Positions 42,834 to 56,958 are shown, counted from the first letter of the stretch. The stretch: 64,000 bases of DNA from Octopus sinensis (GCF_006345805.1 NC_042997.1:12648001-12712000), one strand, 5' to 3'. Notes: a model not told the origin generated them from the sequence alone. Numbers and translations: made by a program.

Positions 42834-43060
42834 TTTTTTTAATAAAATTTATGAATAAATGAAAGAATGGAGTTGAACGACAAATTAACAAATTTCCTTT
42901 ATTTTCGACATATGTTTCGAAGGCTGCATATTCCTAATTGTGAAGGAATAAGGAGTACATTATGCCGCTTTCTCATCAGGAAAAACAAGGAATTTATGTC
43001 AACTTCAAGATTCACAAAAACTTTTAGGTGACTGCTTTCACGGAGCGCATAGCGATAATG
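42834..43060 (-). mobile_element. Solo HHR-bearing insert of about 225 bp in (TA)n
   Basis: Flanked by TA tracts; contains the HHR listed next. Confidence 0.7.
42902..42984 (-). ncRNA. Type I hammerhead ribozyme, intact core, extended stem II
   Basis: Minus strand: ttttc-CTGATGA-gaaagcggcata...tatgcagccttc-GAAAC-atat-GTC^-gaaaa. Stem III is the palindrome acatatgt. Confidence 0.87.
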
Positions 43061-43079
43061 TATATATATATATATATAA

Positions 43080-43448
43080 CTAGCAGTATCGCCCGGCGTT
43101 GCTCAGGTTTGTAAAGCATTTTTAGAGAGTTATAGCCAAAAAATAGCAAAAAAATTGAAAAAAATGATGGTAATTTTTTTTGAGAGTTAAAAAAGGATGG
43201 AGTTGCGTCCCCTAGACAGTTTGTGGTTCGTGTTTCTGATTCTCGACCCCATGTCGAATTTATCGATTTATTTCAGAACTGGGGGAACTTTTAAACATTT
43301 TGGCTGCGTTAGTTTTGAATTATGACATTGGGCTATGTGTGTGTCAAGTTTCATCAGAATCGGTTGAAAGCCGTGGTCAGGGTGAGGGTACAAGCAAACA
43401 GACACACAGAAACACGCACAGACAAACTGCCGTTTATATAGAGAGAGA
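43080..43448 (-). mobile_element. Non-autonomous Helitron, subfamily 2
   Basis: TC...hairpin-CTAG; matches 1469-1842. Confidence 0.85.
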
Positions 43449-43954
43449 TTTACATACATAATTGTTTCATATATATTGTTGCATTTTGGGAGGGTCATTT
43501 TTTTCTTACAAAATAAACACATGCACTGCATATTTGTTCTCCACTCCTTTATTACTGTTCTTATTTCAACTCATGTCCATTGTACGGAATTTTTGCGTCA
43601 TACATCTATGACCTCTTCAGTTACACTTTCACTTTTGTGCATGCTCTTGCTCCAATTACTCCATTCTGATCTTCCATGATGTGAAAAATGAAAAGAGGTT
43701 ATAGATGTGTGATGAAAGATTTCCGGACACAATGGACAAGAATTAATATAAGAACAGTAATAAACGAGTGAAGAACAAATATATGGTGCGTGAGTTTATT
43801 TGGCAAAAAACAAAAAGAAACAAAAAATAAATAAATAACCATCATGAAATACAACAATATCTGTTTAAACACATAATCTTGCTACTCAATTGATAAATGT
43901 TTCATATATACATACACGGAAATATATATAAAATTTACATGCATATCGTGGTAT

Positions 43955-44300
43955 TGTGTCGGTTACGACGACGTGAGTTCCAGTTGATCCGATCAAAGGA
44001 ACAGCTTGCTCGTGAAATTAATGTGGAAGGGGCTGAGCATTCTACAGTTTGGAGTGCTCGTGGAGATTCAGCGTCACACACAGTGTGACAAGGCTGGCCC
44101 TTTGGAATACAGGTACGACAGACAGAAGAAGAAAGAAAGAAAGTTGTGATCAAAGAATACAGAGTTCACCACTACCTCCTGCCAAATCTCGTGAATGTTC
44201 AGGTGTTTCCATTCAATAAACACTTACAATGCCCACCCACAGAATCGAAAACGCGATCCTACGATCGCTAGTCCACTAATCACTGGGCCATTGCTCTTCC
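43955..44300 (-). mobile_element. SINE family B, diverged
   Basis: Homologous to 5221-5580. Confidence 0.8.
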
Positions 44301-44326
44301 ATTATGCATATATATATATGTATGTA

Positions 44327-44396
<70 letters not shown>

Positions 44397-44679
44397 TATA
44401 TATTTACATAGGCATATGTGTGTGTTTATGTATTTATGAGTTTATATGTTTGTGAATGTGTGTGTATAAAGATTTATGTAAAGAAAGTCATTACTTAATT
44501 CCAATGTAATTTATCCATATATTTATTGAAATTCATCCTAACTGAAAGTTAATTAACACTCGATCTCATTAGTAAAGTATTCTATATTCATAAGTGACAA
44601 GCCATCCGATATATCATAACATTACATCTTGGCTGTTTAAATATTTACTGTTCCATTTTCACATCAAGTACTTCAGATA

Positions 44680-44850
44680 TCGTGGCAACATGGGGATTAG
44701 TGATTAGATTGTTGCACTCTTGTACGTGAGGTCGTGTTTTTTGATTCCTTGATCTAACGATGAGTTTTATACACGAGCAAAACAATTTCGCGTTGTTACA
44801 GTCCGCTCAATTGTCAATAATGAATAATCCTGTGATGGACAAGTATCTCG
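44680..44850 (+). mobile_element. SINE family B-like, very diverged
   Basis: Remnant head (ttagtgattag...tttgattcct) and ttcgcgttgttacagtccgctca. Confidence 0.45.
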
Positions 44851-45006
44851 TAGAGGTGGGTGATGGAATATATAGGACATAGCGGCCACATTTTTGTTCT
44901 ATTCTTCGCTAAAATGAGTATTTTTTATAACAATAGTGGAAGCAGAGCAATGTGGAAATATGCTTGTACTCTGGTTTACACTCAGACTTACACTAATTAT
45001 TGTGAT

Positions 45007-45049
<43 letters not shown>

Positions 45050-45071
45050 CACACAAACATATATATAAGTG

Positions 45072-45130
<59 letters not shown>

Positions 45131-45134
45131 CGTT

Positions 45135-45356
45135 TCTGTGCCTGTGTTTGTCCAACCACAGTCGCTTGAAAACAATGAGGGCTGGTGGCAATGTGTGTGC
45201 GTATGTCCCCATAGCTTAACGGTTCGGCAAAAGAGACAGATAGAATAAGTGCTAGGCTTACAAAGAAGTCCTGGGGACGATTTGTTCGACTAAGCTCGGT
45301 GCTCCAGCATTGCTGCCGTCAGATGACTGAAACAAAAGAATAAAAGAATGAAGAAT
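45135..45356 (+). mobile_element. SINE family A 3' half
   Basis: ggttcggcaaaagagacagatagaataagt...gactgaaacaaaagaataaaagaat. Confidence 0.8.
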
Positions 45357-45386
45357 ATATATACATTTATATTTGTATGTACATAC

Positions 45387-45441
<55 letters not shown>

Positions 45442-45739
45442 ATATATATATATATAATTTCAACAAGTGAGGGTAAAATTAATTAATTAATCAATTTCAC
45501 CAAGTATTCAGTATGCAAAGGGACCATTTTAGGCGAATTCAAATTATTACATTATATAAAAGGGCTTAGTAAAATAAATTACTTTGCCGCATACTGAACT
45601 CATTAGAAATAGCAGCTAAAAAACTTTTTTAAAACTATTTCTAATACTTAAAGAAAACCTCTCTCATATAGTGCTTGCTCAATTCAACTCACGCAAATAT
45701 GGGGGTAGAGACATTAAAAAATCAAGTGCAAAGGTTATT

Positions 45740-45791
45740 TGAGAACGTACGTTTCAAGATTAGTCAACACGACATTTCTATCATCAGCTCA
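45740..45791 (-). ncRNA. Type I hammerhead ribozyme
   Basis: Reverse complement of 46490-46541. Confidence 0.75.
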
Positions 45792-46489
45792 GAACTCCCT
45801 GGTTTGGATTTGAAAACACTGAAAATGGGAGCATACCCTTTCGGCTTCCTCTCGCTTCTGAAGATCTGCTCCCAACTAACAGTGCCAACAAACCCAAAAA
45901 TGCAAGCGAAGAATTTCTGCTCTCCCCTTTCCACCAGCGTGGGTTAAAATCAGTAAACACTATGCTTTTTTCGGTAAAGTCCGCGGCATTATATAGAGAG
46001 AGATGAATTATAATTTCAACAATTGAGGGTAAAATTAATTAATTAATCAATTTCACCAAGTATTCAGTATGCAAAGGGACCATTTAAAAAAGTTTAAAAA
46101 AAGTTTTTTAGCTGCTATTTCTAATGAGTTCAGTATGCGGCAAAGTAATTTATTTTACTAAGCCCTTTTATATAATGTAATAATTTGAATTCGCCTTAAA
46201 TGGTCCCTTTGCATACTGAATACTTGGTGAAATTGATTAATTAATTAATTTTACCCTCAATTGTTGAAATTATAATTCATCTCTCTCTATATAATGCCGC
46301 GGACTTTACCGAAAAAAGCATAGTGTTTACTGATTTTAACCCACGCTGGTGGAAAGGGGAGAGCAGAAATTCTTCGCTTGCATTTTTGGGTTTGTTGGCA
46401 CTTAGTTGGGAGCAGATCTTCAGAAGCGAGAGGAAGCCGAAAGGGTATGCTCCCATTTTCAGTGTTTTCAAATCCAAACCAGGGAGTTC

Positions 46490-46541
46490 TGAGCTGATGA
46501 TAGAAATGTCGTGTTGACTAATCTTGAAACGTACGTTCTCA
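46490..46541 (+). ncRNA. Type I hammerhead ribozyme
   Basis: tgag-CTGATGA-tagaaatgtcgtgttgactaatctt-GAAAC-gtac-GTT^-ctca. Palindrome aacgtacgtt; weak stem II with a U-U first pair. Confidence 0.75.
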
Positions 46542-46843
46542 AATAACCTTTGCACTTGATTTTTTAATGTCTCTACCCCCATATTTGCGTGAGTTGAATT
46601 GAGCAAGCACTATATGAGAGAGGTTTTCTTTAAGTATTAGAAATAGTTTTAAAAAAGTTTTTTAGCTGCTATTTCTAATGAGTTCAGTATGCGGCAAAGT
46701 AATTTATTTTACTAAGCCCTTTTATATAATATATATATATATATATATATACCTGTATATATGTATGTACATATGTATGCATATATACATCCTGTATGTG
46801 CTGTCCATAATATATTATATACACACACACACCACATATATAT

Positions 46844-46889
<46 letters not shown>

Positions 46890-46940
46890 TACATACATAT
46901 ATACACATATATACATATATATACATATATACACATATAC

Positions 46941-46974
<34 letters not shown>

Positions 46975-46977
<3 letters not shown>

Positions 46978-47766
46978 GTGACGTACCCGATAATTCCCGG
47001 GGAAGCGCGGCTTATCCCTTGTTTTCCTTCTCATAATTGTTTCGTGAATTCAATAACAACAATATAAAGCTTGTAGTCCTTAAAACGGGTTTTCTGCATT
47101 TACAGACACTACCGAATTGTCTTACACAGAATCATGTATTCTGGAATTCACAATTAGTTATGAATACCAAAATTTTGAAGACAGTTATGTAATAACGTGA
47201 AATTACTTCCCCTATAGTAAGAATTCAAATAAAGTAGCCCCGAAAAGAGCTTTAATGCGTTCTCAGAGTGTATAGAACCTAAGAGGAAATACTAATCAGG
47301 TATGTGTTATAAACTCGTGAAGCATGTTACGTAAAAACAGGCTAATCAGATATGAGGTAATAACAATTTTAAGTAAATAAGTCTGAAAAGCGCGTTTCTG
47401 CATTACCAGAGAACATTACCTGTAAATCTGCTAGTATTGGTATATTTGGGAATAAGTCATTAACCGAAATAAATGCCTCCATTGTTTAGGAAAATACTAT
47501 TTACTTGTTTTTGCGACAAAAACTCTAACAGTTCAAATACTAAGAAATAAGCATACTCAATTTCATTTTTACCAAATAATTTAGGAAAATGAATGTGTTA
47601 TTTCCCTTGGCTATATTTAAAGATCCCTTCTAGGGGCCCTATTATCCATTTTTTTCAACAATCTGAGTATGCCATGAGGTTTCCAGACACGATTCTACTC
47701 ACGTTTCAGGTTTCATCAAAATCGACAAACACGCCCAGAGACAGCATTTCCCACATATGTAGAAGA

Positions 47767-47830
<64 letters not shown>
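46975..47830 (-). mobile_element. Old Helitron-like remnant
   Basis: Minus-strand end is hairpin cccgggaattatcggg followed by cacCTAA. gtttcatcaaaatcg at about 47710 resembles gtttcatcagaatcgg of Helitron subfamily 2. Confidence 0.4.
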
Positions 47831-47892
47831 CTTATATAAATATACATGCATATGCATAAACATATACATACGTCCATAAACACACGCATATA

Positions 47893-48033
47893 TAAGGTTG
47901 TCCCAAAAGTTCGTAGAATGTCTTGGAAAATAATGGTCTTTATTTTGAGGAATAATTTTTGTTGTTTTTGTTAGTACTTGGCAAGTAAAAATTCAATTTT
48001 CGCAAGTGTTTACGAACTTTTGGGACAACCTAA
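47893..48033. mobile_element. Mariner-type MITE
   Basis: TIRs taaggttgtcccaaaagttcgta / tacgaacttttgggacaacctaa with TA flanks; TIRs resemble those of 6050-6613. Confidence 0.85.
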
Positions 48034-48447
48034 TATTATCGAATTCACATTCTCAGTGTATGTATTTTGCTTGTTCGTCGTCTCTCTGTGCTGTGGGGCT
48101 TTGTGGAGGACTGCTGTTTCGCCATTTTTGTGTCTTAGCAACATCACGTACATGAAGCGAACCCAAGATGAACAGGATCGGTATGTAAACAGTGTGAGAA
48201 CCATACTCTGATATGCCACTACAGTATGTACATAAGAATAATTTCAATTACGTATGAAAAACAGCGCTAGATTTTGTAAACATTATGAGCGCACATACTT
48301 GATGTATGTGTTTTGGTTTTTTCGGGCGCTTCACTGCGCCATAGCGCTTTGAGAACGACCGCTTCATAGTACTGGGTGTTAAAATACCTGAAAGTCATAG
48401 ACAGACAAGAAAACTCACCTCCAGTCCCACACAAGAGAGATTGATGC

Positions 48448-48693
48448 TGATATTACGCCATTTTGTGGCTTATCAACATCACGTACCTGAACAGAAGCAA
48501 CCGTCAGTACACTTCCTGGGTTGATTTCGAAGCGTGTTCAGCTGAAACACGATGCTTACGACAAAATCGAATGATATTACGCCATTTTGTGGCTTATCAA
48601 CATCACGTACCTGAACAGAAGCAACCGTCAGTACACTTCCTGGGTTGATTTCGAAGCGTGTTCAGCTGAAACACGATGCTTACGACAAAATCG
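48448..48693. repeat. 124-bp direct tandem duplication
   Basis: tgatattacgcc...acaaaatcg at 48448 and 48572, apparently identical. Confidence 0.95.
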
Positions 48694-49361
48694 TTACGAA
48701 TCTCTGTCTACACATCAAGCTTTTTAGTTGACCCGACTTTAAAGCGAAAGACGCGATACTTTCCAAACTTGCACAGTAGGATTAAACTCGAAACCACATG
48801 TTCAGGAATCGAACTTCTTAACCATAGCCAAACTTACATGTTACATGTTACATGTACATCCGTCTGTTGATGAGTGTAAATGTGTGGGTGGGCGTGCGTG
48901 TGTGCATTTGTGTGCTCGTGTAAGTAAAGAAAAAAAAAAACTAACCTAAGTATGGAAGTAAATCAGTTACGAATAAAGAAGTGAATTCAATAGGTTTTTC
49001 TGATACCGGGTATTGTCACTGAAAACAGGAAATAGCACTGAATACAAATTATTTAATAATGTTACTGGAAAGGAACAGCTACACAGAGCAAAGTGAAACT
49101 TTAACAGCAGCTTCGGAATGGAACAACTAAAATAAAATAATAAATATCTGTCTCGAATACCTTAAACAATACTGAAGTGAGCAAGAAACAACAGCGTCAA
49201 AAAATTCACCTCCGTTTAATATTCCAGTATCGGAACACTAGTTATTAGAATTATAAAAACAAAATGCAACTTCGTACATATATTATTCGCATGTCTGTTG
49301 TTGTTCTTTCTTCGCGTGTGTGTTTGTGCATCTGTGCGTGTGGGTGTTGTGTTGTGTTGTG

Positions 49362-49401
<40 letters not shown>

Positions 49402-49537
49402 GGAAACAAATTTTCTTCTTCCAAAATGTAGGAAACATTATTTTCCACTGAACATTTGAATAATTTGCACGGAAAGAGAAGCGATCTCAATGTTTAATAA
49501 CAGTTATTCATAGAAGCAATTCCTCATATACATACAT

Positions 49538-49612
<75 letters not shown>

Positions 49613-49702
49613 CATATATATAAATATACATATATATATAGATATACATATATATATATATATGTGCATGTATATATGTGTATATATATATAACGTGTGT
49701 AA

Positions 49703-49738
<36 letters not shown>

Positions 49739-50839
49739 CATACATATATATAAGTATATATATGTATATATGCGTGTGTATGTATACATATTAGGTGTGT
49801 ATATATTCATACAGTCATACATACATACCGCGCCACGCTTGTTAGTATGTGTGATTTTGTTTTGAGAATATATCTGTTTGGGTACGATAGTTTAGTCTGA
49901 GTTGCTGAACTGCTTGTGAAAATTTATACATGTGTGCTTTCTATAAGTGGTGTTACCGATGTTTTAAAACTCCGGCTTCCGTCCATTATATTATGGACAC
50001 AATATGTGTATATGCGTCTATAAAGATTTGTGTATGTGTATGAGTGTTTACACGCGCGTACATGTGTGTGTATGAGTGTATTTGGTCATGCTTTTTATGT
50101 GTCTTTTGTATTATTACTGTTATCTATGTACACGGCGTCCTGTGCTTCTGCAGACTACAAAAAATATTTCAGTAGGAATAATTTTTTCCCAAAAATGTAC
50201 AATTTCTCTAACATCCTATTTTGTTATTGTTGAACTGCAAGAAATTATATTATTGTACATCATAATATTTGAAAGAAAACGAAAGAAAATACACTACCTT
50301 AGGATATTTGGTAAAATATCCGTATATTAAACGAATTGGTGTCAAGATTTAAGCAAAAATGATGGGTATTTGAAATTCGTTTTATATTGAGCGTGTGTAT
50401 TTTACTGAAAGAAAGGAAAACAGCATAACTGATAAATATGGAAAAACATATTTGATCAAATTACTATTGGCAGCGTAAACATTTTCTCCGGCTGCAATTT
50501 CTGCGTATGCCGAACTAAAATATTATAATCGAGGCAGCATATTCAATAATTGATTATTGGTGGTCATTATACTTTCTAATTCATATACAATGGAATGCTA
50601 AAAATGTGTCTTATTTATGTGTGTGTGTACGTGTACGTATATCTGTTGGTAATGTGTTTATGTTTATATATATAAATATATATACACATACATTTACAAG
50701 TATTCCTCAATATAGCTATATACATAAAATATATAATACATACATATATATATATGTGTTTGTGTGTGTGTGTATGTATGTGTATGTAAAAGTATATTTG
50801 AATATACTTGTTCATATATATACATATATATATATACAT

Positions 50840-50896
<57 letters not shown>

Positions 50897-51491
50897 CAAA
50901 AGCGGTATATATATCATTATATATATATATGATTATATACCTATACACACATAAGCGGTATATATATATCATTATATATATATGATTATATATCTATACA
51001 CACATATATATATACATACATATATATATATATATATGTACATAGATATGAAAATATACATAAACATATTAACTTATATATAAATATGCATACATACTCT
51101 CAAACAGTCGCATGCACCCCACATATACAGAGGAATGTGCGTGAATGTGTGCTTCTCTGTGTGTGCGTACACGATCGTGTTTGTGCGTGTGCGTGCGTAC
51201 GTGTGTCTGTTTGTTCACTATACAGCGGAAATCAGAAGTGAAGCAATGTAAATATTAGAAAACATCACATTGGTTTGATTAGGAATGAAATCACATACGT
51301 TGACTACCTCTACTGTGTGAGTAAAGGTGAGAAAGGTCATACTGGGATTATTTCTACGATCAATAACCCATAGCTACTACTTATAAAAGCAGTCAAGAAT
51401 TTAGCTAATAATATGGATTCAAATGCAGAAATATAAAAATTATATTCTCCCTCACAGTTCAAGCTTAGTAAATGACAAATTATTGCATATA

Positions 51492-51885
51492 GGCGCAGGA
51501 GTGGCTGTGTGGTAAGTAGCTTGTTTACCAACCACATGGTTCCGGGTTCAGTCCCACTGCGTGGCATCTTGGGCAAGTGTCTTCTACTATAGCCTCGGGC
51601 CGACCAAAGCCTTGTGAGTGGATTTGGTAGACGGAAACTGAAAGAAGCCCGTCGTATATATGTATATGTATGTATGTGCGTGTATGTTTGTGTGTGTGTC
51701 CCTAGCATTGCTTGACAACCGATGCTGGTGTGTTTATGTCTTCATCACTTAGCGGTTCGGCAAAAGAGACCGATAGAATAAGTACTGGGCTTACAAAGAA
51801 TAAGTCCGGGGGTCGAGTTGCTCGATTAAAAGCGGTGCTCCAATATGGCCGTAGTTAAAATGACTGAAACAAGTAAAAAAAAAAA
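51492..51885 (+). mobile_element. SINE family A
   Basis: Full length. Confidence 0.92.
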
Positions 51886-52530
51886 CATATGCTATGAAGT
51901 GGAGAAGGAAGCCAAATTCGTATTCCCTCCTCTTATGAGGAGCTAAAAACTCAGAAGTAGTTTAACTGAAATATTATATTTTACTTATATTTCAATACTT
52001 ATATTTCAATCCAAACTGGCGGTCTATAGTATTTTCCTTTATCTTAGCTCTGTTTATTTATGATATATTAAACATAAAAAAAAATATTGTGTTAGTGAAT
52101 GACAAGCCCTTAGCAGCACAAATATAGAAATTGGAATATGTTTTCCACTATGGTACTACCCTGATTAAGGACTACGTTTTCAGCGGCTCATCTGTGTGTT
52201 TCATTAATATGGCACTGGGTGTATTTCTACTAATGCATTTCGGGTACACGAGAACTTTAGATTAATATTTTTTTCTGGTTCAAGTTTTAAATATTTCTTT
52301 CTTGCAGGTTGTTTCATGCCATGTTGTTTCTAAATGTGTTATTTGCGATTCTTGTCATTATATTCTCTGCTTCAAATGAAGTGATTCAGGCCCGCATAAT
52401 ACGTAATGTACTGTTAGTATCATCATATTCCAGATATCAGATGTTACTCTAAACCTTCTGTGAAAAAGTAGTAATGCATACCTGAAATCAAACTGTACAT
52501 ATTTATATGCATATATATAAATAAATACAT

Positions 52531-52572
<42 letters not shown>

Positions 52573-52573
52573 A

Positions 52574-52621
<48 letters not shown>

Positions 52622-52627
52622 TATATA

Positions 52628-53233
52628 TTCAACAACATTGAGGAACGGCCCCAATAGGCCATTCGACCCACTAGAAAGAGCAGCCAAGACTCAAACCGCT
52701 AAATAGTAGTAATTCAGAAATTAAAGGAAAATTAAAAAACATTTACCCTATTTATCTTTAGACAATGCATTGTTTCGACGTTCTTTATAGCAAACCAGCC
52801 TAATTAAATTAAATTAAATTTAATCAAGTCAATCTACCAAAGGCCCGTCTCATCGGTAAAGAAGCCAGGATGAATAGATATATACGAGGCAGCAGCATTT
52901 GTGCCTCGGGAATATATACCCTAAATTTTCAAAACCACTGTAATCGCGCCAACTTATCAGCAGCAAATATAAACTGCTGGTTCAATTTCAGAATTAGTCA
53001 GAAAATCAGTAATTAATCAATATAAGGGTAGTAAAAAATTCAATAGAAATTTTTTGCCACCAGCGGTCTAGTGAGAAATAGAAAATAGTCACAGACCATG
53101 TATATAATTTCAACAACATTGAGGAACGGCTCCGATAGGCCATTCGACCCACTAGAAAGAGCAGCCAAAACTCAAACCGCTAAATAGTAGTAATTCAGAA
53201 ATTAAAGGAAAATTAAAAAAACATTTACCCTAT
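52628..53233 (-). mobile_element. Retrozyme-like / pseudo-LTR partial tandem with a 481-bp monomer, in (TA)n
   Basis: 52628-52751 is repeated at 53109-53233. HHR inside; TA tracts on both sides. Confidence 0.85.
52755..52862 (-). ncRNA. Type I hammerhead ribozyme variant with a CCGAUGA core and a large stem II insertion
   Basis: Minus strand: tcttta-CCGATGA-gacg[about 65 nt]cgtc-GAAAC-aatgcatt-GTC^-taaaga. Palindrome acaatgcattgt. Confidence 0.8.
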
Positions 53234-55829
53234 ATATATATATATATATGTGTGTATAGATGCATAGATACATGTAAATATGTGCATCCGTATATTTATA
53301 TTTATGTATGTATATATGTATGCGCATATAAATATATATGTGTGTGTGTGTGTGTGTCTGTGTATGTGCAAATATATATTGAAGGAGAAATTTAATGTGT
53401 TACGTGATTTTTGAAACAGCCGTATCTAGCTACGTTTCTATCTCTTGAAGGCTGTGTTGTCATTTAGTAAAAACATCGTAGGTTAGGAATAATACTTCAT
53501 GTCATGTGTCGCGTTGTTCTTTTAATTTTGGATATATAATAGAATAGATAATCCTTTAGATTTCTTCTCTTGAATAACCACTTCATATAGAAGATCGTAA
53601 AGCTGAATTATAAATGATCCTATGACACTGCCTTTATGTATACATACATGCGTACATAAATACATACATATAAACATACTTACATATGTGTATGTGTATG
53701 TGTACGTGTGTGTGTGTGAATGTGTGCGTACGTGAGTGTCATTTTGTGTTTGTATGTATACATGTCCGTAATGCATGTTTAGTTTTTGTTGTTACATTTT
53801 TGTGCAGAATAATGTAACATAGAAATCTTTGTTTCCATGTTTCATACCTCTAGGAGTGTCAGTATATTATTCTTTTGTCATATGTTGTCAACAAAAATGA
53901 ATTCTTTCGTATGAATTACTTCAGCAAATGTTTCCAAAGTTAGTTCTCGCTCACGGTTAATATAGTAAACAAGTTCAGAAATATGTTTTCTCAAGTATAA
54001 ACCTCAAAAAGTCGTGTTTCTCAAGGACATTAACGTACCCAATGCTTTAACAATAGTTTGGACTTTAGTTAGGTCAGCGCAAAGAAAGATGTCTGTAATT
54101 GTTGTTACATTACATATATGATGCCTGCAGAGTTTAATCACTGGTATTGTCTGACTAGATGCATTTCAAAGTCCTCACTAACAACGTTTAACATTATAAA
54201 AAGTACACATTTGTACAGCTGTCTGATGTATAGGCTGGGATTTTGAAGATAAAGTCGCAGGTTTTGTATTGAACTTCAACAATATGACAAGGCCGATAAT
54301 GAACCCCTTCTGATAAAGCACTGACATAAGTATTAGATCTAACAATACTCATGGTGATTAAGTTAAACTTTTATTGTGATATATCACACATAGAAAAAAA
54401 AAACAAACCTCAGCCTATTGCTTAAAGTAATATCGGAATGACGTAAAGATTTATCTCTCATAATTTAAGTAAAACCAATAATTATTCTTTCTTTTTATAG
54501 GAAAGTTTAGCATTTGATGTGCTTTAAAACATAGATTTCCATCCGTCGTTTACAGAAGACTATATATTTGACCAGAAAAGAAAATAGGCAAAAAACAAAA
54601 CAGCAACTTCGAACACTCATGCTGAAAACTGTTTTTTTTTTTTCATATGTCAGCATTAACCAATGAAAATCTTGAAAATCTGCATGACGAGAAATTGAGA
54701 TATGTTTTTAATTAGTCTTCTTAATTTCATAATTAATTTCCTTATAGAATGAATATTTTATATCTTTAAAATCTTATACAAGTCGTATTAACTGAGACTT
54801 GTAAATCAAAGCAGTGGGAAAAAAGTAGAAAATTTCTTACATACTATAGTATAATTTTTAATCTTTTCACTAACAAATAATCTGGTCTGCATTCTTGCCA
54901 ATATATAGAATGAAAGGTTTCTCATAATCTTATTTGATTAATTTGTAAGAACGACAGAAGATCACTGAAAGGCAAGATTCAATAGAGATCGTAAAATATA
55001 TATGCATGGCTATGGCGTAAACATGTGACGAAGAACAAATGCAAAAGGATGTCTTCTGAAAGCCAAAATTCTATCCAGGTTTATTTCATTGTTTTGGTTT
55101 TATTTCATTCTTTTTGTCGTACTTAATTTATAGAAGGTATACAAAAAGACAGGTTGAACATCGTAGATTAATGTTGGCTGGAGAAAGAAAATGCATTCCT
55201 TAGTTATAGTAACACACACACGCACGCACGCGCACACACACATGCACACACACAAATTATATATCTATTTATCTATCTATCTATCCAGATATCTATCTAT
55301 CTATCCAGATATCTATCTATCTATCCAGATATCTATCTATCTACCTATCTCTTTATCTCCCTATCTATTTATCGCTCTCTCTCTCTATATATATATGTAT
55401 GTATATAGTTGTATATATATATATGTGTGTGTTATTAAATATGGAGTAAATATATATATATATATATATACATATGCATGTATGTATAGTACACACACAT
55501 GTGTATATTTATATACAGACATATAAGCGTGTGAGTATATACGTGTGCGTACGTGAGTTTATTCCCTCTACTAATGCATTCTGAAGTTTTACGAAGTCTT
55601 GAATCTGTGCGAACACATACGCATTAACTACAATTTTTCAGCTTGACACTACATTCTAGAAATAGCAACCAAATCTTTCCTCAAATCACATTTCACAATC
55701 GTCCAATAATGTAAACACTTAGATTCATAGTTTCAATGAGTTTGAAAGAAAAGGCGACTGAAATGTATTTCATAATACTTGTGGTGTAGAAATTCTGATC
55801 ATGGATCCGCCGATTTTTCTATATATCGA

Positions 55830-56160
<331 letters not shown>

Positions 56161-56179
56161 AAATATATATATATATATA

Positions 56180-56442
56180 ATCGTTTAGCGTCCACTTTCC
56201 ATGCTGGCATGGGTTGGACGGTTCAACTGGGGTCTGGGAAGCCAGAAGGCTGCACCAGGCCCAGTCTGATCTGACAATGTTTCTACTGCTGGATGCCCTT
56301 CCTAACGCCAACCACTCCATGAGTGTAGTGGGTGCTTTTTACGTGCCATCGGCGCAGGTGCCAGACGAGGCTGGCAAACGGCTACGATCGGATGGTGCTT
56401 TTTACGTGCCACTGGCACGGAGGCCAGGCGAGGCTGGCAACA
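56180..56442 (+). mobile_element. Short interspersed repeat with an RTE-like tail motif
   Basis: GC-richer insert between TA tracts. ggatgcccttcctaacgccaacc resembles RTE-associated 3' ends; ggtgctttttacgtgcca occurs twice. Confidence 0.5.
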
Positions 56443-56827
56443 GATATATATATATATTACTGTAAATTATAAATTATGATGTTTTTATTCCGTCATCTGA
56501 GGGTTCGTCACATTTATATTCAGCGCAATGCAATATGAGGCATCTGAATAATTCTGAATTTCTTGATGGGGGATAATCCAAGGAAGCTGTTTGAGTGACT
56601 TCTTTTTATTTATATTTTGTTTGCGGTATCGATTAGGGACACTATATTGTAGTGATATTCGAATCAATCTACTAATTAAAATCAACCACTGTTTACGTTT
56701 GCATTAGAACACTACCATTCAGTTAACTAATGCTCTTCAGTTTAGTCATCTACACTAAATGATGAGAATGTTACTTCTATTCGAAATTGTCACAAAGCTT
56801 TAATCATTATATGAGTGTTTATATGCA

Positions 56828-56916
56828 GGAAGTAGTAGTAGTAGTAGTGGTAGTAGTACTAGTAGTAGTAGCAACAGCAGCAGCAGTAGTAGTTGTAGTA
56901 GTAGTATTAGTAGGAT

Positions 56917-56958
<42 letters not shown>

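Larger units (their letters stand above)
45455..46729. mobile_element. Retrozyme-like element with a monomer of about 555 bp, as two inverted partial tandems in (TA)n
   Basis: Left 45455-46085 has period 556 (45461/46017). Right 46096-46729 has period 554 (46111/46665). The halves are reverse complements with one HHR each. Confidence 0.88.

Noticed and set aside
45675-46606. Duplicate ORFs MLNSTHANMG... on both strands
   Set aside because: They are a by-product of the inverted repeat, antisense to the HHR, start at TTG, have different C-termini and contain no recognisable domain.
52290-54520. Splice-acceptor-like tracts (ttcttgcag at about 52308, tttttatag at about 54500)
   Set aside because: No supportable coding frame follows, and such motifs are common by chance in AT-rich DNA.
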